Source of the DNA: Candidatus Omnitrophota bacterium
GTDB lineage: Bacteria; Omnitrophota; Gorgyraeia; Duberdicusellales; 4484-171
Assembly (NCBI GenBank): GCA_023135905.1
Contig: JAGLSE010000047.1
Span: 1-50,286, forward strand
Reading direction: 5' to 3'
DNA length: 50,286 nucleotides
The notes beneath the pieces were generated by a model that searched no databases, was not told the origin of the DNA, and saw nothing but the letters and a program-made list of their open reading frames with translations. Shown here piece by piece: positions 27,775-37,742 of this stretch (its first letter is position 1; the number at the start of each line of letters is the position of its first letter). The translations under genes were made by a program, and so were the position numbers.

Positions 27775-29445
27775 TTAATCCAAAGTTACTTCTTTAACTA
27801 ATTTAATAAATCTTTGACCATTAAGGAATTTTAATTCCTGGCCATCTATCCGCTCATCGTCTTGAAATAACTCTTGAGGATTAAAGTATCTTGAGGATCC
27901 CATGAAAATTGTACTGAATTTACTTTTTCTTATTAATTCTTTTATTATATTTTTTTTCTTTATTTTTAAATGATCTTCTATAACTAATTTGGTTTCAAAA
28001 ATTTTTATCGAACGAACAATACTTAACGGTGCTGTTTTTTTGTAGCGAATAAGTCTATTAGCCAATAAATTTTTAATCCAATTACCTATCTTAATATATC
28101 TCCCTGCTAATAACATAAATATTTCAAATAATATAAATGTCGTGGGTGACATTTGATGTTCTGAGACGTAAGAAAAATATCGTTCCAATTTACAACCTCT
28201 TGAGGTAACATTACAGTCTATATTGTAATCTATAAATTGAGAACTTATTTTAGAACCGTTTTCTAAACGTGCCACATAACCACAATCAGAATATAACATA
28301 TTACCATTATTTTTATAACAACGTATTATTCCACCTTTAGAAATCCCTATAATTATTTTATGTTTATCATTTGTCCAAACGGCAATTTTAGATTCATCAA
28401 AATATTTAAAATTATTCAGTTTTATATTACCCGAGCTTTTTGATACATTATGATTTAATTCATTATACGCCTCAACATAACTTATCAACAAAGGTATAAA
28501 ATTAAAAATATCTGTAGTTAAAGGTAAAGATAGCCTTTCTTCTTTTATACCAATTATCATTTTATTAGCAATATACTCTGATTGAGGCAAATAGTCACTT
28601 AATGCCTCTATACCCGAAGGATAATATAACTCGGTATTTCGACTCCCATACTCACCACCTAAAGTTCCGTCAGGATGAACAAAATAAATCAGATAATTTA
28701 AAGATTTTTCTAAACTTTTTAATAACTCTGCGCTATGGGTACTCTTCCAATATTTAGCCAAATAAGATATTCCCAGAGTTTCATATCCCGGATCAGCACC
28801 CTCGTATTCCCTATACCACCCTTCTTTAGATTGATGTTTAAGTATCTTTTCTATTATCTCATTACTTTTATTTAAATATTTTTTATTATTTAATATAGCT
28901 GCCGCGTTTAAAAGACCGAGAGCAATACCTGCCAAATGATTAGAAATAAAACCATGAGATTCTCTTTGTAAACAAATAAAATCAGCTGCTTTATCAAACG
29001 CAGACAATAAACTTTCTTTTTGAACATTCGGAATCTCTTCTTGCACAAGCAAAAAAGCTTCAGTTAACGAACATAGAGTGAAACCTGTAGAGCCTACGCT
29101 ATTTTCATAAGCATACCACTGGTTAAAAGAACCATTTTTATTCTGAAGGTATACCCAATATCTAAAACCGGAAAGTATACATTTCAATACATACTTATTT
29201 TTATAATAAATGTTTTTTGAAAACTCTTTAACAAACAGTAAGACTAAAACATAAATTCCTCTTTGAAAATCTACATTAGCAAATTCTTTATTTGCCCAAG
29301 CCCAGTGCTGACGGTCAAACGACCCATAAGTTAACGAACACGAGTCGCGATCAAACAACGTTAACAACTTAGGTATACTACTTAAAATATTTTTTTGGTA
29401 AACCTCTTTTCTATTAATCATATTTTCTTTAAATAAATCTATCAA
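27775..29445 (-). CDS. Uncharacterised soluble protein, possibly alpha/alpha-toroid-like N-terminal half
   Basis: 556 aa with no TM segment or signal peptide evident. The composition is W/Y-rich and looks helical-repeat-like (YGSFDRQHWAW, NGSFNQWYAYENSVGSTG, SKEGWYREYEGADPGYETLGISYL, PDGTLGGEYGSRNTELYY). The fold call is a guess from composition only. Confidence 0.3.
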   Translation of the reverse strand: MIDLFKENMINRKEVYQKNILSSIPKLLTLFDRDSCSLTYGSFDRQHWAWANKEFANVDFQRGIYVLVLLFVKEFSKNIYYKNKYVLKCILSGFRYWVYLQNKNGSFNQWYAYENSVGSTGFTLCSLTEAFLLVQEEIPNVQKESLLSAFDKAADFICLQRESHGFISNHLAGIALGLLNAAAILNNKKYLNKSNEIIEKILKHQSKEGWYREYEGADPGYETLGISYLAKYWKSTHSAELLKSLEKSLNYLIYFVHPDGTLGGEYGSRNTELYYPSGIEALSDYLPQSEYIANKMIIGIKEERLSLPLTTDIFNFIPLLISYVEAYNELNHNVSKSSGNIKLNNFKYFDESKIAVWTNDKHKIIIGISKGGIIRCYKNNGNMLYSDCGYVARLENGSKISSQFIDYNIDCNVTSRGCKLERYFSYVSEHQMSPTTFILFEIFMLLAGRYIKIGNWIKNLLANRLIRYKKTAPLSIVRSIKIFETKLVIEDHLKIKKKNIIKELIRKSKFSTIFMGSSRYFNPQELFQDDERIDGQELKFLNGQRFIKLVKEVTLD

Positions 29446-29537
29446 TAATTAGTCATTTAGGTTACACCTTCAATATCTATATTAACCAAACACACCTATT
29501 TAAAAATATTTTTATATATTCTTTTTAGCAGCTATTC

Positions 29538-31007
29538 CTATCTATACTGCAAGCACCAATCATTTTTTAAGTAATTTTTAACTTCACGGATTCCCTTAAT
29601 TATCAGTTGAAAATTTATTGGATAATTAAAGATATAACGTCCCCAATTATATGCCAGCACCAAATAAAAAATATATTCATATACTCTGTTATACGGAAAT
29701 TTAATCAACAGTTTAGTAAGCGGCATAATAACGGGAAATCTTACTGTTATGCCGGCAAGTTTATGAAGATTAGATATCTTTCTGGCTAAATCCGGAGAAA
29801 AATCTAAAGTAGTTCTAGATTTACTTGTTATACTTTTAATACTTCTCCCATCTTTCAAAAAACCTTTCTCAATGCAATATTTTTTTATTTCCGTGCCAGG
29901 ATAAGGATAAAGAATAGAAAAGTGGGCATAAGTAGGTTTGCATTCAATATTAAGGGCAATAGTCTTAAATGCATCAATTAAGGGTTTTCTAACCGGTAAT
30001 CCTATCATATTTTCTGTGTGAATTTTAATTTTATATTTATGAAATAAAGCAATGGCATTCTTTATATCCTGGTTAACAATATCACCCCTCTTTAAAATGA
30101 TTTTTGATACTACTTCATCGGCGCATTCAATTCCAACCATAACAGAATGAAAACCTGCATTGGAAAGCAAGCGTATTTTTTCTTCAGTAATTAAATCCGG
30201 CCTAGTTAAACATAGGAATGGAAGCTTAATATATTGTTTATATTTATCCATCAGTTCCTCTAACCAAATTATAGGAGCCGATGTTAATGTATCATCGCAA
30301 AAATGTATAAACTGAGTATTTAAATCATTTTTAAGATACTTTAATTCTGTTATTATATTATTCGGGGTTCTCCATCTAAGGGTTTTTCCTAATTCTTGAT
30401 ACATTTTGTGATATTGATGATTAAAACAATAACTACAATTAAAAGGACAACCCCGTCCACAAAACACAGCACGCAAATGACCGGATTTTATGTCTACTAT
30501 TTTTTCTTTAAAAATTTCTCTATCCACGAAAGGAATTGCGTCGAGATCTAAAATTAACGGTCGAAGAGGATTATTAATAATATTGCCATTTTTTTTAAAA
30601 GTAAGATTTTTAATTTTTTCAAGGCTCTCACCCCGGTCGAAAACATTTAAAACTTCTGTTATTGCACCTTCACCTTCTCCTCTACAAATAAAATCTATAT
30701 CTGGATTATTTATTTCCTCCGGAAAAAAAGTGAAATGAGGCCCGCCGAAAATTGAAATATAATTTAACTCTTTTTTAAGCCTTGAGTTCAATTCCAAACA
30801 GAAATCCTCTTCGCTAGTCATTGCACTATAACCAATAAAATCCGGCTTAAAATTTTTAATCAAGGTAAAAAGTTTGGCATATGTTTGGCCTCTACCGACA
30901 ATAGCACTACATTTATGACCATTTTTTTTAACTACCGACGAAAGTATTTGTACTCCCTGCCTCTCCACTCGATAAACATCTTTAACGATAAACAATAGTC
31001 GTGCCAT
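29538..31007 (-). CDS. B12-binding-domain radical SAM protein (subtype shared with 41276..42727)
   Basis: 489 aa. Motifs are PDFIGYSAMT, IFGGPHFTFFPE, ICRGEGEGAITE and CGRGCPFNCSYCFN. Confidence 0.85.
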   Translation of the reverse strand: MARLLFIVKDVYRVERQGVQILSSVVKKNGHKCSAIVGRGQTYAKLFTLIKNFKPDFIGYSAMTSEEDFCLELNSRLKKELNYISIFGGPHFTFFPEEINNPDIDFICRGEGEGAITEVLNVFDRGESLEKIKNLTFKKNGNIINNPLRPLILDLDAIPFVDREIFKEKIVDIKSGHLRAVFCGRGCPFNCSYCFNHQYHKMYQELGKTLRWRTPNNIITELKYLKNDLNTQFIHFCDDTLTSAPIIWLEELMDKYKQYIKLPFLCLTRPDLITEEKIRLLSNAGFHSVMVGIECADEVVSKIILKRGDIVNQDIKNAIALFHKYKIKIHTENMIGLPVRKPLIDAFKTIALNIECKPTYAHFSILYPYPGTEIKKYCIEKGFLKDGRSIKSITSKSRTTLDFSPDLARKISNLHKLAGITVRFPVIMPLTKLLIKFPYNRVYEYIFYLVLAYNWGRYIFNYPINFQLIIKGIREVKNYLKNDWCLQYR

Positions 31008-31035
31008 ATTATTATTTTTTTTATATCATTTTAAC

Positions 31036-32913
31036 CTAATTATCAATCATAACCCTGAACCATGTCTCCATACACATTAGTCCCCAAATTTCCCTGTTAA
31101 ACTCTGATCCGCCGCATAGAGCTTCCTTTACAACTTCCGGCTTAAAAATTCCTCGGTCTAAGCTTCTTTTTGATAAGAGGGTATCTTTACAATATTCCCT
31201 TAAAGGCCCTTTAAACCATTTTGAAATAGGCACTGGTAACCCAATTTTATCTTGTCGACATCTAACTTCTTCAGGAATAACCCCTCTAACAGCCTCTCTT
31301 AATATATATTTAAGGCGTCCAGCCTTAAATTTCATATTAACAGGCATACTAAATAACAATTCCGCTATTCTAGTATCCAAAAACGGAACTCTGGATTCCA
31401 AAGAGAATGCCATACTCATTCTGTCCTCTACCTGCAATAAAGCGGGCAGCAAATTTTTCATTTCATAAGATAAAATTTTATCAAATAAATCGATGTTGTC
31501 ATTTGTATTAAATAACGTTTGAAAATAATTAAAAGGCAGATAATTATTCATTCTTTCTCTACAATCTTCAGTCAAAATAGAATTTAAATTATCACTTTTT
31601 TTAATTAACCTAAAATATCTCATATCAACTGGTCCGAACAAACCTTTTTGAAAAAAATCAGACACCAACTGTTGATAATTCTTAAGTTGCCCTAAATTAG
31701 AAATCAAATCCTTTGTCTTAATACCTAAATTTTCTGAAACACCAATAATATCTTTATAAAGCAACCTTTCTAAATATAAAAGGTAATATCTTACATATCC
31801 ACCCATTATTTCATCTGCGCCATGGCCTCCAAGAATAACCTTAACATTTTGATGAGCTAATTTAGCTAACATATAATGCCCAAATACACCCGGAGCGGCA
31901 ACCGGCTCATCAAGGTGCCATATGATTTTTGGAAGATACATTTTAAAATCTTCATAGTTGGGAAATACTTCAAAATGTTGAGAATTTACAAAATCCGAGG
32001 TTATTCTAGCATGCTGAGTATCATTGTATATACCCCCCTCTTTAAAAGCAGTACTGAAAGTTCTAATTTGCTGCTTCATTAATTTGGAAGCTAAACAAAC
32101 TATAGCGGACGTATCTATGCCGCCACTCAAATATGCACCTAAGGGAACATCACTTCTTGTTTGCAAATAGACAGAATCTTTTAATAATATAAACAATTCA
32201 TCCTTAAATTCATCAAAAGACTTACTATAATCTTTATTAAAAGTAATATCCCAATATTTCCTAACCTCTAATCTTGACTCATCTATTATCATAAAATGTC
32301 CAGGTAAAAGTTTATTAACCCCTTGAAAAAAAGTTTTTTTGCCTAAAACATATTGAAAAGTAAGGTAATCAGCGATAGCCTGATAATTGACTTCTTTTAC
32401 CTTTCTATATTGTAAAATTGATTTAATTTCCGAAGCAAAAACAAAAGCTTTGCCAAATTGGGCGTAATAAAGAGGTTTAATTCCAAAAGGATCTCTTGCT
32501 AAAAAAAGTTTTTTCTTTTTTAAATCATAAATAGCGAAAGCAAACATACCATTAAGCTTATTAAGACAAGCTTCATTCCATTCTTCATAAGCATGAATAA
32601 TTATTTCCGCATCTGAATTTGATTTAAACTTATGTTTGTTAGTTGATTCTATCTCCTGGCGCAACTCTTTATAATTATATAAACATCCATTAAAAACCAA
32701 ACATAGAGTATTATCTTCATTATAAAATGGCTGATTCGCCATAGAAGAAAGATCAATTATTGAAAGCCGCCTATGACCTAACCCTAAATGTTTATGAATT
32801 GCCATACCTTCATGATCAGGTCCTCTATGAATCATTATATCGCGCATTTTAATAAGGATTTTCTTATCAATATGGCGCTTATCTAAATTATAAATTCCAC
32901 AAATACCACACAT
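31036..32913 (-). CDS. asnB: Asparagine synthase (glutamine-hydrolysing) family amidotransferase
   Basis: The true start is the ATG at 32913, giving MCGICGIYNL (a Ntn-amidotransferase needs Cys2); the track start at 32916 is TTG. The synthetase domain has the PP-loop YLSGGIDTSAI. The stop of the upstream GT2 gene shares 1 nt with this ATG (TGATG). Confidence 0.85.
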   Translation of the reverse strand: MCGICGIYNLDKRHIDKKILIKMRDIMIHRGPDHEGMAIHKHLGLGHRRLSIIDLSSMANQPFYNEDNTLCLVFNGCLYNYKELRQEIESTNKHKFKSNSDAEIIIHAYEEWNEACLNKLNGMFAFAIYDLKKKKLFLARDPFGIKPLYYAQFGKAFVFASEIKSILQYRKVKEVNYQAIADYLTFQYVLGKKTFFQGVNKLLPGHFMIIDESRLEVRKYWDITFNKDYSKSFDEFKDELFILLKDSVYLQTRSDVPLGAYLSGGIDTSAIVCLASKLMKQQIRTFSTAFKEGGIYNDTQHARITSDFVNSQHFEVFPNYEDFKMYLPKIIWHLDEPVAAPGVFGHYMLAKLAHQNVKVILGGHGADEIMGGYVRYYLLYLERLLYKDIIGVSENLGIKTKDLISNLGQLKNYQQLVSDFFQKGLFGPVDMRYFRLIKKSDNLNSILTEDCRERMNNYLPFNYFQTLFNTNDNIDLFDKILSYEMKNLLPALLQVEDRMSMAFSLESRVPFLDTRIAELLFSMPVNMKFKAGRLKYILREAVRGVIPEEVRCRQDKIGLPVPISKWFKGPLREYCKDTLLSKRSLDRGIFKPEVVKEALCGGSEFNREIWGLMCMETWFRVMIDN

Positions 32914-33641
32914 CAAATATCTTTCCTAATTATCTTAAATATAAATCTAATATGACTGGCTATAGTCTTAACTATCTTCATTTTTGATTTACCAAATTCG
33001 CGTCTATAAACTTTAGTTGGATACTCTTTTATCTTGTATCCTTTTACTATCGCACGAATCAATATCTCAGCGTTAGCAACAAAATCATTGGAATCTGGAA
33101 TGATACTTTCCAAAATACTTTTTCGATAGACTCTTAAACAAGAAGTATATGTACTAATACCCCTTGATTTGCCTGCAAGTAAAAACTTATAAATTCTGGC
33201 TAATTCCATGCTTAAAAATAATCTATAGTCTAAACCATACCATTTCCCGTTTAAAGAAAAAGGTGAAGCTACTATAATATGAGTATTCTTGTCCATCAAC
33301 GACAAAATAACCGGTATTTCCCGATGGTCATAGTTTGTATCCGCGTCTATAGTGACAATCAGATCTCCTCCGATTCTTTTAAGCCCCTCCCGTAATGCAT
33401 ACCCATAACCTTTATTAATTGGATAAGTTACTATAAATACATCTGCCCTTGCACCATATCGACTATATAACATCTCGCAAGTTTTATCTTTACTTCCATC
33501 ATCAATAAAAATAATCTCTAAATTATATTTAGACTTAACAGCCCTTTCAACCTCTTTCATTTTAGAAAAAAGATTAACTAAAGAATCTTCTTCGTTATAG
33601 CAAGGTATTATAATGGATACTTTTTCCTTATCTTTTTCCAT
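32913..33641 (-). CDS. Family-2 glycosyltransferase, polyprenyl-phosphate sugar synthase-like (DPM1/ArnC/GtrB type)
   Basis: 242 aa. Motifs are VSIIIPCYNEEDSL, FIDDGSKD and TIDADTNYD (DxD). The small single-domain size is typical of polyprenyl-P glycosyltransferases. The start overlaps the epimerase gene by 14 nt. Confidence 0.75.
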   Translation of the reverse strand: MEKDKEKVSIIIPCYNEEDSLVNLFSKMKEVERAVKSKYNLEIIFIDDGSKDKTCEMLYSRYGARADVFIVTYPINKGYGYALREGLKRIGGDLIVTIDADTNYDHREIPVILSLMDKNTHIIVASPFSLNGKWYGLDYRLFLSMELARIYKFLLAGKSRGISTYTSCLRVYRKSILESIIPDSNDFVANAEILIRAIVKGYKIKEYPTKVYRREFGKSKMKIVKTIASHIRFIFKIIRKDI

Positions 33642-34689
33642 ATCTTTTTTTTATAATTGATAAAATTTTTACCGCTGCTTGAGCATTTCCGAATATATTG
33701 GGACGTGGAGATTGAGGATTAAAATTTGCTATAGCCTGCAATATTTTTCTTTTTTTATCTCCCGCTATATATTTCCAACCACATTTTATCATATCTGGAA
33801 ACCATACAATATCAATTAAAGAAATTATGGGTTTTCTTAATAAATAAGCTTCTCTTCTTACTCCGCCAGAATCAGTTAGAACTTTATTTGCACCTGCAAG
33901 GACTTTCATAAACTCTATATATCCTAATGGAGGAAGCAATTCTATAGTCTTAGCCTTTTTAATCTTATTTAAAAGATTAAAATTCTTTAAATACTTTTCT
34001 GTATTCGGATGTAATGGGAATTTAATGTCTTGTTTAGATTCAATTAAAGCCTCAACAATATTTTTAAGCCTAACATTGGAAGTAATATTCTCCATCCGAT
34101 GGATAGTCACCAAATTATAGGTTCCTCTATTAATTTTTATATTAAATTTTTTTATTATAATTTCCAAACTATCTTTTACAATATCACCAACCAAATAAAC
34201 GCATTTCTTAGGATGACCTTCCTTGATTAGATTTTCATAAGATTCCCTAGTAGCGGCAAATAAAGTATCTGATATACAATCAACGATTCTTCTATTTATC
34301 TCTTCCGGGTTGTACTTGGAATACGAACGAATACCCGCTTCTACATGAACTACTGGTATCCGTAGTTTAACCGACGCCAATGCTCCTGCTAATGTAGAAT
34401 TCACATCGCCATAAACCAATGTAACGTCAGGTTTCTCTTTCTTCAGAACTTCTTCTAAAAAAGAAAGCATGGCCGCGGTTTCTTTGCCATGGCTTTCTTT
34501 TTTTACTACATTAATATATTTTGGTTTGGGTAAAGATAACTCCCTAAAAAATATATCCGACATCAAAAAATCATAATGTTGCCCAGTATGAACAATAACC
34601 TTATTTATTTTTAATTTTCTGCATTCCTTCTCAATTGCATACTCTTTAATAAAATTAGGCCTAGTACCAACTACAGAAACAATTTTCAT
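33628..34689 (-). CDS. wecB: UDP-N-acetylglucosamine 2-epimerase family (non-hydrolysing; WecB/WbpI-like)
   Basis: 353 aa. Motifs are MKIVSVVGTRPNFIK, HTGQHYD, VVHVEAGIRS, NPEEINRR and LTDSGGVRREA. Confidence 0.8.
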   Translation of the reverse strand: MKIVSVVGTRPNFIKEYAIEKECRKLKINKVIVHTGQHYDFLMSDIFFRELSLPKPKYINVVKKESHGKETAAMLSFLEEVLKKEKPDVTLVYGDVNSTLAGALASVKLRIPVVHVEAGIRSYSKYNPEEINRRIVDCISDTLFAATRESYENLIKEGHPKKCVYLVGDIVKDSLEIIIKKFNIKINRGTYNLVTIHRMENITSNVRLKNIVEALIESKQDIKFPLHPNTEKYLKNFNLLNKIKKAKTIELLPPLGYIEFMKVLAGANKVLTDSGGVRREAYLLRKPIISLIDIVWFPDMIKCGWKYIAGDKKRKILQAIANFNPQSPRPNIFGNAQAAVKILSIIKKRYGKR

Positions 34690-34875
34690 GACAAATTATC
34701 CTTACCATACCACATTCTTAATTTCCACTGAATTATATACATATTTTTAAAATCTATTAGTCTTTATTTTTATATCACAAGGGTTAGAATTCCTAAAATT
34801 GCAGAAATCTCTAAAAATATCTTATATTCGATATCAAAATCTAAAAATACAAATTATTCCCATAAAACTTATACT

Positions 34876-36597
34876 TTATAATATCTCCGCTCCATATATT
34901 TCAATTTTTTGTTTTTTTAGTTTATTAACTCTATCCTCATCACCCCTCAATGTGAAATAAAAAATCATCTCGTTAATAGACCCCAAATTTTCTACTTTTC
35001 CAAACTCATAAGAACTAATGACTTTATGATTATTAAAAAACCCGGCATTTTTCATATTTCTAACATTTATTCTATTATTAAATACATTAAGACCGGTAAC
35101 GATCATATAACCTACAGATAAATACACTGTAAATAAATAATAAAATCTTAAACTGTCATTTTGACTTTTAAAATTTTTCAATTTGCCCCATACTTTAAGA
35201 TTTCCTAATATCTTAAGAATAAATAATATTATCAGCCCTACGGCAATAATCAAAGGTATACATATTTTTAATTTTAAACCTATTTCTTTTAACTGAAATA
35301 GCGGCATCAAAACATATTTAATATTACTAAATCTTTGAATAATTGGCGGGAATCCCGACACATAGATTAAATCCTTATGGGATATATATTCCGAAATTAT
35401 CAAAAAATTCCAAAAGATACAAATAATTGATATCCCGTAAAAGATAATATTTGTTAATCTCTTTTTTTGAATTTGCGAAACAATTGCGTACAATAATACA
35501 AATACAGGAAACTCCGTAAGTAAAGGTCTTGCCCCGCAAGTCCCCCCGCCCCAAGCATAACGCCATCCCAAAACAATTATCTTTATTAAAACATATAAAC
35601 ACAAAAACAAAGCAACAATATTTACATTTTTAAATGATGAATAATTATTTTTATTCTTTTTTAAATAATCCAACAATATTAGACATATACCTGCTAAACA
35701 GATATAAAATACCGGAGACGTATAAAAAAACCCGCGATACGAAGAAAAAAGTTGGTCCAACAAATAATTACCTTTCAAATTTAATGTGCAGACTTCCCCT
35801 ATATGCAAATTACCATATTTAATATAATCATTTATAGTCTTTAAAGCTATCCCCGGAACAATTCCAATTAAAAAAAATATTCCTTTTACCCATGATATTC
35901 TTCTACCAATGACATGATATATAAAAAAAGAGAATATAAAAAGGCTGTGAAACCATAAATCTACTTTTACGGCAATACAAATAGAAAAAAATAATCCGAA
36001 AACTAACCATGGAGTTTTTCCTTTATCAATAATTTGCAAATAAAATAAAATCAAAATAACAGACAATAATGTTGCAATTATATTCGCATTAGCGACTTCA
36101 AAAAGGCTATAAAAAAATATTGGTGTTCCAAAAAAAATTACCAAAATAGACCAAACAGTCACTTTATCTGAAAAATATTTTCTGCAAAACAAATAGGTAA
36201 ACATAATAGTAAAAAATGCGAAAACAATCGTACTAAAGGACATTAAACATTTTGCAACCTGTTCAAATTCAAATGTTCCTAGATTTAGCAAATCAAACTT
36301 ATCGGAAAAAAAACAAATAATCTTTACATAAATATAAAATGGCGCCCATAGAACAACTCCCCCATGATTATGAAAATCAGGAAGATTATATGTTTCAGAT
36401 ATCCCCACTTTACCGGATGGAAGATAATAAGGATAACATTCATTCAAATGGTTAACGGCATTAAGGTCACCATCTTCGACAATACTTGCAGTATAGGCAT
36501 AATAAATAGGTTCATCAGGACCCTTAAAATTAATATTGAATATAATAAAAAAATATAAAAATATCAATAGAAAAGTAAAAAATATACTTTTTTTCAT
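34876..36597 (-). CDS. GT-C-fold membrane glycosyltransferase (ArnT/PMT-like)
   Basis: 573 aa with ~12 hydrophobic segments. The first extracytoplasmic loop is GPDEPIYYAYTASIVEDGDLN (acidic DE motif). Confidence 0.6.
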   Translation of the reverse strand: MKKSIFFTFLLIFLYFFIIFNINFKGPDEPIYYAYTASIVEDGDLNAVNHLNECYPYYLPSGKVGISETYNLPDFHNHGGVVLWAPFYIYVKIICFFSDKFDLLNLGTFEFEQVAKCLMSFSTIVFAFFTIMFTYLFCRKYFSDKVTVWSILVIFFGTPIFFYSLFEVANANIIATLLSVILILFYLQIIDKGKTPWLVFGLFFSICIAVKVDLWFHSLFIFSFFIYHVIGRRISWVKGIFFLIGIVPGIALKTINDYIKYGNLHIGEVCTLNLKGNYLLDQLFSSYRGFFYTSPVFYICLAGICLILLDYLKKNKNNYSSFKNVNIVALFLCLYVLIKIIVLGWRYAWGGGTCGARPLLTEFPVFVLLYAIVSQIQKKRLTNIIFYGISIICIFWNFLIISEYISHKDLIYVSGFPPIIQRFSNIKYVLMPLFQLKEIGLKLKICIPLIIAVGLIILFILKILGNLKVWGKLKNFKSQNDSLRFYYLFTVYLSVGYMIVTGLNVFNNRINVRNMKNAGFFNNHKVISSYEFGKVENLGSINEMIFYFTLRGDEDRVNKLKKQKIEIYGAEIL

Positions 36598-36624
36598 CTT
36601 TTAACCTTAATTTACCATTTACAT

Positions 36625-37716
36625 TTATCTCAAATAAAAAAACGACTCTTTTAGTATCTGACAAAATTGTCTAATAAACCCTTGAGTTGAACAGCGTATA
36701 TTAATCTCAGTATGTGTCGTATCCCAACATTTAGAGGTGCATTGATGAACCTTTTTCCGCAGCTCATTAAAAGCCTTGGATTTTAATATATTCTCCAATG
36801 ACTTATCCCTTAAATTTTCGTTTCCTTCTATATCCTCACAAGGAGAAACCCAACCCAACGAATCAACTGAACAAGAAATATAACCTGCAAAACAAGGCAC
36901 CCTTTGATAATCGGAATTATATAAAAAGCTTAAACCATTTAAAAATTCTAAAGAGTTAGATAATAATCTCGATAAAGAAATCGCTTTAATAAGCTTTTTA
37001 ACCTCATACGATAATTCAAATAAATCTTCATCTTTAAAAATCAACTCTTTAAAACAATCTTGATTATTATTCTTATGTTTTAAATTTGTATGAATCGGTG
37101 AAAATTTAATTTGATCTACTTTAAGTTCTTCTGCAAACGCGACCATCTTATATATATTTCTAAAATTCCTTTTAGTAATTAAAGTATTTATTCCTATTTT
37201 TATTCCTGGTAAACTTTTCTTCATAAGCTTAATCCCTTCCATCACTTTATCATAACACTCAACACCTCTCATTTGATTATGAATATCACTTAAATAGCTA
37301 TCAATAGAAACAGAAATAGAATTTACTCCTGAGAACCGTAATCCTTTTATAATATCTTCATTAATTAGAGTTCCGTTTGTACATAGATGGACGGAAATAC
37401 CATATATTCTTATATATCTAATAATATCAAATATGTCAGACCTTAAAAGCGGTTCCCCTCCTGTAATAATTATAACTGCAGCCTTCAGTTTATAAGCAGC
37501 ATCAATAAAAGAATACCATTCTTTAGTTGTAAGCTCTTCATGCAATATCTCTGAAGAAGTTTGCCACTGTTGGCACATTCTACATCTAAGATTACACCTT
37601 CTGGTAACCCAAATAATAGGAAAAAGAATGTTTTTACTAAATATTTGTTTCCACCTACACCTTTTAACATCAATAAAAGATATCAAATTATTTGTCTGTT
37701 TAATTATTCTTTTCAT
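36625..37716 (-). CDS. Radical SAM protein with C-terminal SPASM/twitch-type Cys-rich domain
   Basis: 363 aa. Motifs are WVTRRCNLRCRMCQQW (CX3CX2C) and ITGGEPLLRSD. The C-terminal part is CFAGYISCSVDSLGWVSPCED...HQCTSKCWD. Confidence 0.8.
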   Translation of the reverse strand: MKRIIKQTNNLISFIDVKRCRWKQIFSKNILFPIIWVTRRCNLRCRMCQQWQTSSEILHEELTTKEWYSFIDAAYKLKAAVIIITGGEPLLRSDIFDIIRYIRIYGISVHLCTNGTLINEDIIKGLRFSGVNSISVSIDSYLSDIHNQMRGVECYDKVMEGIKLMKKSLPGIKIGINTLITKRNFRNIYKMVAFAEELKVDQIKFSPIHTNLKHKNNNQDCFKELIFKDEDLFELSYEVKKLIKAISLSRLLSNSLEFLNGLSFLYNSDYQRVPCFAGYISCSVDSLGWVSPCEDIEGNENLRDKSLENILKSKAFNELRKKVHQCTSKCWDTTHTEINIRCSTQGFIRQFCQILKESFFYLR

Positions 37717-37742
37717 TTATGACTGTACATTTAACATTGAGC

